Assembly: GCA_963729045.1 (NCBI GenBank)
Contig: CAVSMN010000012.1
Location: forward strand, 339,683 to 403,682
DNA length: 64,000 bases
Origin: an uncultured Nitrososphaeraceae archaeon
GTDB lineage: Archaea > Thermoproteota > Nitrososphaeria > Nitrososphaerales > Nitrososphaeraceae
Direction of reading: 5' to 3'
Numbering within the stretch: the first letter of the stretch is position 1; the number at the start of each line of letters is the position of its first letter. Below the pieces are notes generated by a model. It had not been told where the DNA came from and ran no database searches. It saw nothing but the letters and a program-made list of their open reading frames with translations. Below are positions 50,897-61,599 of this stretch, piece by piece. A program made the translations under genes and the position numbers.

Positions 50897-51974
50897 TTAG
50901 AAATAGTCTACAATTGAAGAGTTTAATGTTTTGACAGATTTTTTTTGCATCATGACTCTTTCATATTTTTTCTTATCAATGTAAGTTTCGTTCCAATATC
51001 TAAAACAAACAAGCGATTTATGATCCAGGGTTTTTACATCTTCATTAAATAAAACATTTCTGACCATTATGTCAGGTTCATTTACTCCTGCCACTGTTCT
51101 CATTGGACCAGAGGCTGAAAACCGAGGATTAATTTCTATGATCTTGACCTGATTGTCATCCACATCTATTCGAGATTGAATATTTAGTGGGCCAAAGGTT
51201 CTTAATTTCTTTGCTATCTGATTGCATACTTTCGTAACTTTGGGATACTTGTCTATAAACGCCTTATAGGTTTGACCGTGTTTTAGAACTTTCTTAAGCG
51301 TTATCGTGGACATGATCTGATTTTTTTCCTTGCCCAGAGTCAACCCAGTTGTATATTCATTTGCATCACCTTTTAGATATTTCTGGATCATCGGTTTCCA
51401 GCCTGTCTGAGTTATTGCCTTACAGGCAAATTCTAACTCTTCAATAGAGTTGACGATCTGAAATAGCTTCGAGCCAAACCCCTCTCGAGGTTTTACTACT
51501 AGTGGAAATCTATAATCCTTCATAAAGTCGTCTATCTCATGGTACAAACAAGTTGGAATGAAATTCAGATTATTTTCTTGTAAAAATTCATTTGTCCTGT
51601 ATTTATCTCGACACATTTCCACTACTTGTGGTTGACTCGTAATGACTGATTGCACCGGTCTTCTCCTCAATAAGATCTTTATTTTTACATAATATAGGCA
51701 GTTCTACATCTGATCCTATAAACAGAACTTGAATTTTGTTTCTATTACACAAATCTACGATTGACTTTAGATATTCTTTAGCCGTTGGTTTTGGGATAAG
51801 GGAGAATTTGTGAGCCCTATATAAGCCGGAGGCCTCATAATTGATATCTGTTGCTAGGATTTTGTATTCATGTCTTTTAAGCCTCGAATACTTATTATGA
51901 TATTTCAATGATTTGATTATGCCTTGTGCTACTATTCCACCGGCTGAGGTAACGACAACATTAATGGTTTTCAT
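50897..51974 (-). CDS. ATP-grasp ligase (frameshift near 51640)
   Basis: 'TSAGG', 'CRDKY', 'VVKPREGFGS', 'IQKYL...EYT', 'IEINPRFS'. Confidence 0.85.
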
Positions 51975-51999
51975 CGGACTAATAATTTTAAATGATTTA

Positions 52000-53659
52000 T
52001 CAGTTTAGTAGCACTGGTTTAGTCAAATCATTATTATTAACTAAATTGTGAGACCATTCGTGCTCGATATGTTCCATCTCCATATTAACGGCATAATCGA
52101 TTATACAAGATTTTAATTTCAATGCATTTTTAGATTTTTGAACGTTCTTTATGACGTCCTTAATTTTTCTTTGTTCTTGTTTATAGTAAAATAAATTGTT
52201 TAACAGACCTTGTAATTGTTCTTTATTCTTATAAATTTCATTTCGCCTAGATATCAGGGGTTCGATTTTTTTCCTCAATTCATCATTCTTATAATTGATA
52301 TCAATAAAGAACTCAGACATATTAGATATATTGTTCTCCTCTAAATATTTTGATGCTTCTCTTTGGGCAATCCCTGTAAAAACATCGTTCCCTGCCCAGA
52401 GCATCATAGCGGGCAATCTTATCTGCAATTCATCAAAGACTTTCTTTCCTACAATCGTATATCCTATGCTACCACCAGTACCTGAGATATATCCAGAAAT
52501 AGCCAATTCTCTCGATAATAGAAGCAAGATTGGGATTGCTCGTGGAGAAACCATATCAATCTTGTTCTCTGGTATTGAGACCTTTCCATTCGTGCCGATT
52601 GATAATGATAAATTTTTCTTGCAAGATATGCATTTACCGATTAATACAATTTCTCCATTATCCTTCCTGCTTATTTTAGAGGAAGCCTTGCTGCCACAAT
52701 CACAGTGTAACCACAAGGGAGAATGCTTATTTAGGTTTGCGCTTACTCCAGTATATATTCCATGTTCTCTAAAATAAGTTTCTGATTTCTCCAATGAATC
52801 TTAGATAACTTTCATTTTCAGATAAAAGAAAGTTGTATCCCCTTTGAAATACTCGAGAAAGATCTGATAGATTTACAAATAATGTTTTATAATTCCAAAA
52901 ATTATTGGCGATCTTTGACATGATAATTGAATTGAATTCAGAATAATTATCAGCCAGTAAAAACGCATCTTCAACTATATTCCAGAACTTTTGGAATCTG
53001 TCATACAAAGCCTTAACTTCAGACTTTGACAAATCCTTGTTATTTTTTATCCAATTGTATATTTGATTTTCCCAATAATTTATTAAGGAGCGAGTCGGTG
53101 AGTCAGTCATACTTGAGATCTTCCATCTTTTTGAATCATTGATTGGATATCTTAAATCAAGTACTCCGGTGGCATTTCTTATACTAGGTAATTTTGCCAC
53201 ATGCATCCATTTATCATCCATAAAATCATGATCAACTATCAAAAACAGGGGAACGATAGTATGATTTTCCCTTTTGGAGTGATTCGCAAGTGACTCTAAT
53301 AATACTATTTTCTTAAAAACCCCACTAAATGCAAATAAATTGGGCTGGTGAATCCCAACGATAATTTTTAATCTTTCATCGGATAAAGCATCAATTTGGT
53401 TTATTATCTTCTCATTAAGAGTTCCTGCCTTTGCATGAAAATTTGTTGTAGCCTTTCTGAGAAGTTTACGATTTGAGCCAATAAATTCATCTGTTTCAGG
53501 TATAGGATTTTTGCTCAAAATATCAACTGCTTCGTCGAACTTTGACGGGATGGATTGTACAAACTTGCTAATATCTGAATCTGAAGAATTCAGATATCTG
53601 GAGAATATTGCACTTAATTTACTGTCACCGTCAATAGTGGCTACCGTATTACTTCCCAA
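52000..53659 (-). CDS. BshC-like ligase (~550 aa; frameshift near 52785) with Zn-ribbon insert
   Basis: 'VGIHQPNLF', 'VPLFLIVDHDF', 'SPRAIP...GYISGTGGSIGY' and a C-terminal coiled coil parallel BshC motifs; HCDCG...KCISC insert. Confidence 0.6.
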
Positions 53660-53705
53660 ACCTTTTAATCATTAATATCTATTTAAGTTTCTTTTTAACT
53701 ATATC

Positions 53706-54337
53706 TTATTTCTCTTCTATAAGATTTATCAAATCCTTTATTCTATTAAAATTCCCTATATCATTAATGGCATGTGCATCGCTACCTAGATGGAATTTTA
53801 CACCGAATTCTTTAAAAATTTTCAAAAATTCTATGGGTGGACGTATATATTTTGAATTAATTTCTATTTTTTTCCCATTAGCTACGACCAATTCTGCTAA
53901 ATTTCTTAATTCACGATTCATTTACTTTAAAATCAATCTCTGGAGCGAGATGCCCAATTACATCCACATTCGGATTCTTTATTGCATTAATTAACGCCTC
54001 GTACCATTTTTCCTTGGTGTATTTTGTGTGAAAACTAGCAATGATAAAATACTCGTTATTTAAGTAACTCTGCTGGGCAATCAACTTCACCGTCTGCTAA
54101 TATCTTGGCCTCAAATCCTCTAAGGATCTTGATTTTAGTCTTTGGGATGTAGTAGTTTAGTTCATCAATATACTTTTTCGTCCATTCAGAATTTTTTCGT
54201 ACATGCTCTGTAATAGCTATCCTTTCTAAGCCTAGAGATTCTGATTTATTTATAATATTAGGTATGGTTAAATCCTTTGAAGAATGGTCATTATAGTTAC
54301 AATGTATATGCAAATCTTCTTTCATGTTTAGCATCAT
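53706..54337 (-). CDS. PHP-domain protein (frameshifted)
   Basis: 'DLHIH', 'AITEH', 'GFEAKI', 'IEINSKY', 'GSDAH'. Confidence 0.85.
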
Positions 54338-54447
54338 AATTTTATCTGAAAAAGTTATGCAAATATGTTTTATAATTTTTCTTAATTACAACGTTCAAAA
54401 ATATTTATATCATTAACAAATTTAACTCTATTAAAAACGGATGCCCA

Positions 54448-55449
54448 TTGCGTAGAAAAATATCCACAGTATTGATTCCCGGTGCTTCTGCACCTGCTGG
54501 AATAAATACGATAAAATCATTGAGATTATCAGATTTTAAGGGCAAAATATTATCTACGGACTCTAACAGTTTATCTGCAGGTTTTTATTTATCTGACTAC
54601 TATGAGGTGATACCAGAAGCTGAAGCAGAAGATTATTTGGAAGTGCTGCTTAACATAATCGACAAATATAACATAGAAATTTTAATGCCATCGTCAGGTT
54701 ACGATATTTTTCCATTCAGTGAATTCAAATCTAAATTGAAAAAACATGGGGTGATTCCCGTCGTGAGTGACCGAAAAATTTTGGAAATTTGTAGAGACAA
54801 GATATACACATTTAATCATTTGAACAAATTTTTCAATCTACCCTTTACTACTTTAAATCCAAATGAAATTGATACTTATCCGGTTATTGCAAAGCCTCGT
54901 TTTGGAAAGGGCAGTAGGGATGTAATTCAGGTAAACGATGAGCAAGAAAAAAAATACATTTGCTCTAAATTCCCCAATATGATCTACCAAGAATTTTTGC
55001 CAGGAGATGAATATACAATTGATGTCATGAGTGATCTGGACGGCGACCCAATAATATCTGTTCCACGTGTAAGATTGCAGACAAAAAGTGGTATTTCTAC
55101 AAAGGGTAAGATTATTCTTGATAAAGAATTAATTGAAGAATCCATGAGGATAGTGAAAAAACTTAAAATAATTGGACCCTCTTGCATTCAAATGAAAAAG
55201 GACAAGACAGACCAATTCAAGTTGGTAGAAATAAATCCTCGGCTTGGCGGGGGTACAATTTTTACAACTTTGGCCGGTGCCAACTTCCCTAAAATGGTTT
55301 TGGATTTGGTCGAAGGAAAAAAAATAGATCCTCCAAAGATATCTGAAATTACTGTACTAAGATACTTTGAAGAAATTGTTTTGGATGAAAGAAACAAGAT
55401 TAACTACAGCGGAAAAGACCTTCTAGCAAGTAATCCATGTCGTATATGA
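54448..55449 (+). CDS. ATP-grasp ligase (second paralogue)
   Basis: 'CRDKI', 'IAKPRFGKGS', 'YQEFLPGDEYTID', 'VEINPRLGG'. Confidence 0.88.
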   Translation: MRRKISTVLIPGASAPAGINTIKSLRLSDFKGKILSTDSNSLSAGFYLSDYYEVIPEAEAEDYLEVLLNIIDKYNIEILMPSSGYDIFPFSEFKSKLKKHGVIPVVSDRKILEICRDKIYTFNHLNKFFNLPFTTLNPNEIDTYPVIAKPRFGKGSRDVIQVNDEQEKKYICSKFPNMIYQEFLPGDEYTIDVMSDLDGDPIISVPRVRLQTKSGISTKGKIILDKELIEESMRIVKKLKIIGPSCIQMKKDKTDQFKLVEINPRLGGGTIFTTLAGANFPKMVLDLVEGKKIDPPKISEITVLRYFEEIVLDERNKINYSGKDLLASNPCRI

Positions 55450-55532
55450 TTGAAGAAATTGTTTTGGATGAAAGAAACAAGATTAACTACAGCGGAAAAG
55501 ACCTTCTAGCGAGTTATGCATGTCGTACATGA
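55367..55532. repeat. 83-bp tandem duplication
   Basis: 55367-55449 and 55450-55532: first 61 bp identical, four mismatches in the remainder. Confidence 0.9.
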
Positions 55533-55713
55533 TTTTGTCTATTGCTCCTGTTGAATTTTGAAGTGTATCAATTTGAAAGTATTGGCCAGTAGCTTCTAGT
55601 ATCTGGCAAGGCCACAATCCTGTCAGATTCATTAGTATAACACAAAAACCTATTGTCATTGCTAAAGCGACTATAACTACATCCGTATATTTAAATTCAA
55701 TTTTTGATTTCAA
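55483..55713 (-). CDS. Small single-TM protein downstream of the GT2
   Basis: Hydrophobic N-terminus 'VVIVALAMTIGFCVILM'; co-oriented with the GT2. Confidence 0.55.
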   Translation of the reverse strand: MKSKIEFKYTDVVIVALAMTIGFCVILMNLTGLWPCQILEATGQYFQIDTLQNSTGAIDKIMYDMHNSLEGLFRCS

Positions 55714-55762
55714 ACTTGTTCCCTTATTTAATTTGTTCTAGAATATTTTGAATCTGCAACCA

Positions 55763-57238
55763 TCATCTCCAACCAGTTTTCTTTATGGTAATTGCAGCGT
55801 AAATTAAGAGCCAAGTATAAACATAGGTCGATAAAAGCTGGAAAAAAGGCCTATAAACCCAATTCTTGTCGCCTGGGTTTCTCAGTCTGAAATCAACACC
55901 ATAAATCATTCCAGTAAACAATACTCCTGCAAACCAGACAATAGGAGTTATAAAGTCACCAGCAAGGGGCATAAAGATGACAGTAGTCGCCACAATATAT
56001 GGCCTGATAAATTTCATCGAAGTTTGTAAATAGTATAAAAGTGCTACATAAAATGGCCTCTTCCAAAAAATACCTCCAGCAGCAAATAAACTTCTGATAA
56101 AACTCTTCCTCCATCTAACCTGTTGTTTTATTAATGAATCAAGTGTTGGTGGAACTCCAATATTTACCCTTATCCTTTGCGAATACAAAACCTTCCAATA
56201 ACCGTGGACATCTTGATTAGATTCATCTCGACCATTCTCGTCCTCTAACATATTTTCGGACATGGACCTCTTGGCAGTACCCTCAGCGTTGAGGATTGGA
56301 ATCTGGGCATATTGTTGGCTGGTTGATTTGTTAGAAATCTTTGGAGGTCGAGTCGACAAAACATACGCCGTCATTCTCCTATCAGTTGCAAATTTGAACT
56401 CCATACCTAAGAATCTGTCTCGTGCCCATAGAGGAATAAAGTCTTGTATAGCAACCCGTCTATAGAAACTAAGTGATCCTGCACAACAACTAACGGAATA
56501 AAAAACGGTTTCCATCCCTTTTTGTGCCCTACAAGCCCCATCGGCGTAGACGTCTTGCATTTTCTCAAGAAAGTGATCCCGAAATCCTCCAGTGTGTCTG
56601 TTTTTAACTCGTCCGTGTCCAGTGAGGGCCCCTACTTGTTTATCTGAGTAAAAAATCTGCACAGCCTTTTCAGTTGCATCAACAGCCATGTCACAATCAC
56701 TATCCATGAAAGCGTATATCTCGCCGCGTGCAATCTTGCTAGCGGCCTCTATAGCCTTTTTCTTTCCAAGGCTTTCCTTCAGATGTACTATTCTCAGGTT
56801 AACTGTTTTGTTTTTATCCTTAATCGTGTCAAGAATCTCACCAGTCTTATCCGTACTACCATCGTCTATGACGATTATTTCCTTATTCTTATAAGTTTGG
56901 TCAATGCATGACTGTATACATGTACTAATGTCGGCTTCCTCATTTTTTACAGGAACGACAATAGATACCAGCGGTTTTTCGTTCTCAGGAATTACCTTAT
57001 CGAAATCTTTAATGTATGGGTCTTTATACCGAAAATACGAAATTAATAAAATATTAAATAAAATAAATGAAGTTAAAATGCTGTAGATTCCTACTCCCAG
57101 GTCTATCACATATATGGTCAAATAAATCTTAGTGAATAGAATTACCAGGACGGATGATAAGAGTAATACCCTAACAAACCATCTTTTATTATCCAATTCC
57201 TTTGTATTAATGAATTTAGTTGGATTACTCAAAGCCAA
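55763..57238 (-). CDS. Processive membrane GT2 (hyaluronan synthase/NodC-like)
   Basis: 'VIDDGS', 'DSD', 'TDRRMT', 'QQVRW'; N- and C-terminal TM helices. Confidence 0.88.
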   Translation of the reverse strand: MALSNPTKFINTKELDNKRWFVRVLLLSSVLVILFTKIYLTIYVIDLGVGIYSILTSFILFNILLISYFRYKDPYIKDFDKVIPENEKPLVSIVVPVKNEEADISTCIQSCIDQTYKNKEIIVIDDGSTDKTGEILDTIKDKNKTVNLRIVHLKESLGKKKAIEAASKIARGEIYAFMDSDCDMAVDATEKAVQIFYSDKQVGALTGHGRVKNRHTGGFRDHFLEKMQDVYADGACRAQKGMETVFYSVSCCAGSLSFYRRVAIQDFIPLWARDRFLGMEFKFATDRRMTAYVLSTRPPKISNKSTSQQYAQIPILNAEGTAKRSMSENMLEDENGRDESNQDVHGYWKVLYSQRIRVNIGVPPTLDSLIKQQVRWRKSFIRSLFAAGGIFWKRPFYVALLYYLQTSMKFIRPYIVATTVIFMPLAGDFITPIVWFAGVLFTGMIYGVDFRLRNPGDKNWVYRPFFQLLSTYVYTWLLIYAAITIKKTGWR

Positions 57239-57398
57239 ACATTAAATCAACTCGTCGATAGATTAGTTGAAATAAAGCTGTTTATTACTTTTTTCATATT
57301 AGCTTCTTAGAATTGGTTATATGAGATTCTTATAGTAGAAAGATAAGCAACAGAAAAAGGATGATGTAAAAATAGTTCTAAAGTAATCAGAGTATCGT

Positions 57399-57608
57399 CT
57401 AATTCCACCTCAATCTTTCATTTTCTCTGTCCTCCTTGGAAGATTTTTTCCAATCTTTATAGTGATTCCTACATAAATATACGCGCTTTTTTGAATTATC
57501 AAAATCTAAATCTTGTGACATTTTCGCCTTTGCCAAACTCATTGATCTATCTGCAGTCTCTTCGCAACCTAAGACACTACAGGTAATTCCCTTCTCTACC
57601 TTTCCCAT
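57399..57608 (-). CDS. Small Cys/His Zn-binding protein
   Basis: MGKVEKGITCSVLGC...YLCRNHYK; likely start is the ATG at 57608. Confidence 0.7.
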   Translation of the reverse strand: MGKVEKGITCSVLGCEETADRSMSLAKAKMSQDLDFDNSKKRVYLCRNHYKDWKKSSKEDRENERLRWN

Positions 57609-57663
57609 TAAAAAGCAAAAGCCATTATAATATAATAAAGTTAATGGAAAATTTGACAGCAGC

Positions 57664-60267
57664 TTATAAAGTAAAGTATTGGGCCACTGGGTTATGTACA
57701 ACTATAGCAGCAGTAGAGAATTCAGGATCAATTTGTCCACTTTCAGTTAGAGTCATTCCACTAATTGAAGGATTCAATAATTTCCATACCATGAAATGTT
57801 GGGTTATATCTGGACAGCTTGGGTAACCCCAACTGTACCTCAATCCACCTACCTTTAACCCGAGCTCTTCCTTGATTTTATAATTTACCCAATCTGCTAA
57901 AGCTTCAGTCGTTTCCACTGCCAGCCCGTGTAGGTAGTAGGCATCAGTATAACGACCTTGTTTATTCCATTCATCTATTGTTTCAGCAACTTTATTTCCC
58001 ATTGTTACTGACTGAAATGCAACAACATCATCGGATTCTGAATCAAAATAATCTGCAAGACATAAATGTGAAGAATTGCTAGACCTGGGGAATTCAAACG
58101 TTAGTTCTGAATCAATCTTAGTACCGTCGTGGTATTTTACTGAGAGGCTATTGTTTCCTACCTTTCGACATCGAAAATAAGAGTAAACTGCATGAGGATC
58201 AAATAATTTCTCCTTTACAACTTTGACCTTCCATTCTTTAAGTAGTTCTTCAAACTCATCTTTCAATTCCGTAGCTTTTTTTCCCCTCAATCCCCACGAC
58301 AAGACAAAAAGGGATTTCTTATTCAAGTATTGCCATATTTCTTTGAGCGGAAGGTCATTATTCTCTAGTCTGGTTACAAAATTAAATTTGGGAGGTACAG
58401 GTTTATCTTTTACTGGTTTCACGCTACTTAAGATTTTACTTAAATCTTGCGCATTGGTAGCCTCGTTATATTTTCTTTCTTTCCAACTTGATAGTTTTTC
58501 CAACCATTTATTCATGTACTCTTCTTTACTACCGCTCATCAGATTATTCATCACCTTCAGTCCTTCAAAGGCAGTTTTGCAGTAAAATATTCCAGCTTTG
58601 TAAATATTGCCATCCCCCTTTGCTATCCTATTAATGTAATCGCTATTAATTGCAGCACCACCGCATAAAACTGGAATGTCCATCTTATTCTCTCGCAAAA
58701 ATTCTGAGAAAAGCTGCATTTGTTTTGATGTCGAAACCAATAACGCAGATAATCCCACAGCATCTGCGTTTACTTCTTTAATCTTGTTTACGATACTAGG
58801 AATAGGAACCTGTTTCCCTAAATCAAAAACTTCGTAGCCATTGTTAACCAATATTGTCTTTACCAAATTTTTTCCTATATCATGTACATCGCCATATACA
58901 GTACACAAGACGATTTTTCCTTTGCTAATTCCCTCTTGTTTTATCAGGTATTTCTCTAGCTCCAAAACTGCAGCCTTCATACATTCGGCTGATTTTAGAA
59001 CGAAAGGCAGGATCAATTCTCCAGCGCCAAATTTATCTCCCACTTCTTTCATTGCAGGAAGAAGAACTTCATTTAGTGTTTCTACTGAGGCCTCATGTAA
59101 TTTTTCTTTATTACCTGAAAGTGTTTTCCTCTTTGTACCGTTTTCCAATAATTCGTCTAGTATAGAAAAATCATCTTTGGATGAAATTCTCTCTGAAATA
59201 GATAAAACTACATCGTTTTCAATTCCATCTTTTAGTCTATTAACAATTCTAAAATAGCACTTTTTACCTGCATCCCAACTTGCATCCATTTCCATTAAAT
59301 TGTTCTGTTTTTGAATACCTGTAGATGCTGATGCTGTTCCTGTCCCATCAGTAGCATTATTGGAACTAAAGTAAGATATCAATTCAGATAATGCATTATT
59401 ATTATTATTAAAAATAAGGTCTTCGCAAATCCCTTTCTCCTTAGAATTGATTTGAGGGTATGGGATGATATCTTTAGGATTAATTATCACAGTATCGAGA
59501 CCACTTTTTATTGCATGATACAAGAAAACTGAGTTGAGATATTTTCTAGCCAGCGGCGATAATCCGAAGCTTACGTTACTTAATCCCAGCGTCGTCAAAG
59601 ACTTTGGATATTTTTCTTTTACGAATTTTATTCCATCTAGAGTATGAGCAGCAGATGCGACATATTCTTCCTCACCTGTTGCTAACGTAAATGTTAATAC
59701 ATCAAAAATTAACTGCCATGGTTTTAGACCCAATTCAATTGCTTTGTCATGCAAAATTCCTGCAACTTCTAATTTTTCTTGGCTAGTTTTTGCCATCCCA
59801 TTGGGTCCTATGCACATCGAAACCGCAGGTGCTCCGTATTTCTTCATCAGCGGAGTAATATCATTAAATCTACTCCCATCGCCTTCTAGATTAATTGAAT
59901 TGATTATAGGTACTCCAGGAATTTGCTTGAGGGCAGTAGCAATAACTTTTGAATCCGTTGAATCAATTACCAATGGTGCCTCTATTTCTAAACTAAGCCT
60001 CTTGACAATTTTTTGCATGAAATCCTGTTCATCCGACCGTTCTGTTGTTGCAACACATACATCTAAACAGTGTGCGCCATCCTCAACCTGGTATCTCGCT
60101 AACTCAATTAATCCGTCAAAGTCATTCTCTAGTACCATTTTCTTGGCTTTCTTTGATCCTTGAGAATTTAGTCGCTCTCCAATGATTAATGGACGGGGAT
60201 TTTGATGGAGTTCCAAAGAAGCTAATGCAGAAGATACTTTTGGTTTTTCATTGTAAATTTTTTTCAT
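57664..60267 (-). CDS. metH: Cobalamin-dependent methionine synthase: pterin-binding, B12-binding and activation domains
   Basis: 'IGERLNSQGSK', 'GDVHDIGKNLV', 'GLSALL', 'RYSWGYPSCPD'. Confidence 0.95.
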   Translation of the reverse strand: MKKIYNEKPKVSSALASLELHQNPRPLIIGERLNSQGSKKAKKMVLENDFDGLIELARYQVEDGAHCLDVCVATTERSDEQDFMQKIVKRLSLEIEAPLVIDSTDSKVIATALKQIPGVPIINSINLEGDGSRFNDITPLMKKYGAPAVSMCIGPNGMAKTSQEKLEVAGILHDKAIELGLKPWQLIFDVLTFTLATGEEEYVASAAHTLDGIKFVKEKYPKSLTTLGLSNVSFGLSPLARKYLNSVFLYHAIKSGLDTVIINPKDIIPYPQINSKEKGICEDLIFNNNNNALSELISYFSSNNATDGTGTASASTGIQKQNNLMEMDASWDAGKKCYFRIVNRLKDGIENDVVLSISERISSKDDFSILDELLENGTKRKTLSGNKEKLHEASVETLNEVLLPAMKEVGDKFGAGELILPFVLKSAECMKAAVLELEKYLIKQEGISKGKIVLCTVYGDVHDIGKNLVKTILVNNGYEVFDLGKQVPIPSIVNKIKEVNADAVGLSALLVSTSKQMQLFSEFLRENKMDIPVLCGGAAINSDYINRIAKGDGNIYKAGIFYCKTAFEGLKVMNNLMSGSKEEYMNKWLEKLSSWKERKYNEATNAQDLSKILSSVKPVKDKPVPPKFNFVTRLENNDLPLKEIWQYLNKKSLFVLSWGLRGKKATELKDEFEELLKEWKVKVVKEKLFDPHAVYSYFRCRKVGNNSLSVKYHDGTKIDSELTFEFPRSSNSSHLCLADYFDSESDDVVAFQSVTMGNKVAETIDEWNKQGRYTDAYYLHGLAVETTEALADWVNYKIKEELGLKVGGLRYSWGYPSCPDITQHFMVWKLLNPSISGMTLTESGQIDPEFSTAAIVVHNPVAQYFTL

Positions 60268-60295
60268 TTTAATAACCTGTCTAGATTATCAGAAT

Positions 60296-61273
60296 TTAGG
60301 TAGCAGTTCCGTCTTCAAGGGATAAATTTACAGGAGTTTTATTTCTTGAGTTAAGCATGGAGTGTAAATGCTTTATATGATCTACTGAAGTACCACAGCA
60401 CCCGCCGATTACTTTTAACCTTTCATATTTATTCACGAATTCGGAAAGTTTTAGAGTGATTTCTTGTGGAGTCATCAAGTATTTAGCCATACCATTTTCA
60501 TTCACTGGCATTCCAGCATTGGGCATGACTAAGATGGGTAACTCATCTTGTTCGCATAACCATTGTACGCTAGGTGTCATTTCCATGGGTCCTGTAGAAC
60601 AATTTAAGCCAAATACATCTATATCTAAATTACTTAAAGTTGTATATGCTGCCTGAACGCTTGATCCAAGTAACATTTTCCCATATTGGTCTAGGGTTAC
60701 GTTGGTAATTACCGGTAAAGTCTTTTCTAACTTGTTCATCGCACGAAAGCAGCTTTCAACAGCAAGTTTCATCTCTAGCACATCTTGTCCTGTTTCAATT
60801 AGGAGGGCATCACAACCTCCAATTATCAGTCCCTGAGCTTGGACAAAAAATGCTTCTTCGATTTCTCCCAATGAAATATTACCCAGATCCGAATCGTTTG
60901 AGCTAGGTAAATATCCTGATGGACCCATCGAACCGATTACATAAACTTCACGACCTATCTCTGTAGCTGATTCTTTAACAAGTTTTGCTCCTTGAACATT
61001 AAAATCGATGGTCTTATCGCCCTGCCCATATTCATCTAATTTAAGTTTATTGCTACCAAAGGTATTGGTTTCGATACAATCACTGCCTGCTTTGATGTAG
61101 CTCTTATGGATCGTCTTTATCCAATCAGGACGGGTAAAATTCAAACTATCGTTAAATCCCTCCTTATTATTGAGAAAATCGTTTTCTCTAGGTTCGTATT
61201 TTTGGATTTCTGTACCCATTGCACCATCAAATAAAAGAACTTTAGTCGCTAAGTCATTAAGAAAGCCATTCAA
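60296..61273 (-). CDS. metH: Methionine synthase homocysteine-binding module (split MetH N-terminal part)
   Basis: 'FDGAMGT', 'GLNCSTGP', 'IGGCCGT'. Confidence 0.93.
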   Translation of the reverse strand: MNGFLNDLATKVLLFDGAMGTEIQKYEPRENDFLNNKEGFNDSLNFTRPDWIKTIHKSYIKAGSDCIETNTFGSNKLKLDEYGQGDKTIDFNVQGAKLVKESATEIGREVYVIGSMGPSGYLPSSNDSDLGNISLGEIEEAFFVQAQGLIIGGCDALLIETGQDVLEMKLAVESCFRAMNKLEKTLPVITNVTLDQYGKMLLGSSVQAAYTTLSNLDIDVFGLNCSTGPMEMTPSVQWLCEQDELPILVMPNAGMPVNENGMAKYLMTPQEITLKLSEFVNKYERLKVIGGCCGTSVDHIKHLHSMLNSRNKTPVNLSLEDGTAT

Positions 61274-61376
61274 TATTATTATTATTTTATTTAAGACTTT
61301 ATTTGTTTATAATCCTTTCACCTACACCAAAGTCAATTAAAAAGAGATTTATAGAAATTTACTATTTAAGAATACT

Positions 61377-61451
61377 GGGTTCATAGTTCAGCATGGATAG
61401 AATGACTGCCTGCGGAGCAGCTGGTCGAGGGTTCAAATCCCTCTGGACCCG
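61377..61451 (+). tRNA. tRNA-Arg(GCG)
   Basis: GGGTTCATAGTTCAGCATGGATAGAATGACTGCCTGCGGAGCAGCTGGTCGAGGGTTCAAATCCCTCTGGACCCG; anticodon loop CT-GCG-GA. Confidence 0.92.
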
Positions 61452-61599
61452 ATTCAATATTGAAACATTAAATTGGACCCGGTTTCAGCTAATCTGTGTT
61501 AAATGAGCATTATCCGAAGTTAAACGAATCTACCACTACCTATAGCGCTCATACCAGACACTATATCTAGAAACAATACTCCGTATTCCAGATTTCTCT

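Noticed and set aside
49233..57238. Calling the cluster canonical bacillithiol biosynthesis
   Set aside because: No BshA-type GT4 in the locus and the BshC motifs are divergent; kept only as an open alternative
57664..61273. Split metH as a novelty or error
   Set aside because: Clean stop, 28-bp gap and new ATG at a domain boundary; split MetH is a known arrangement
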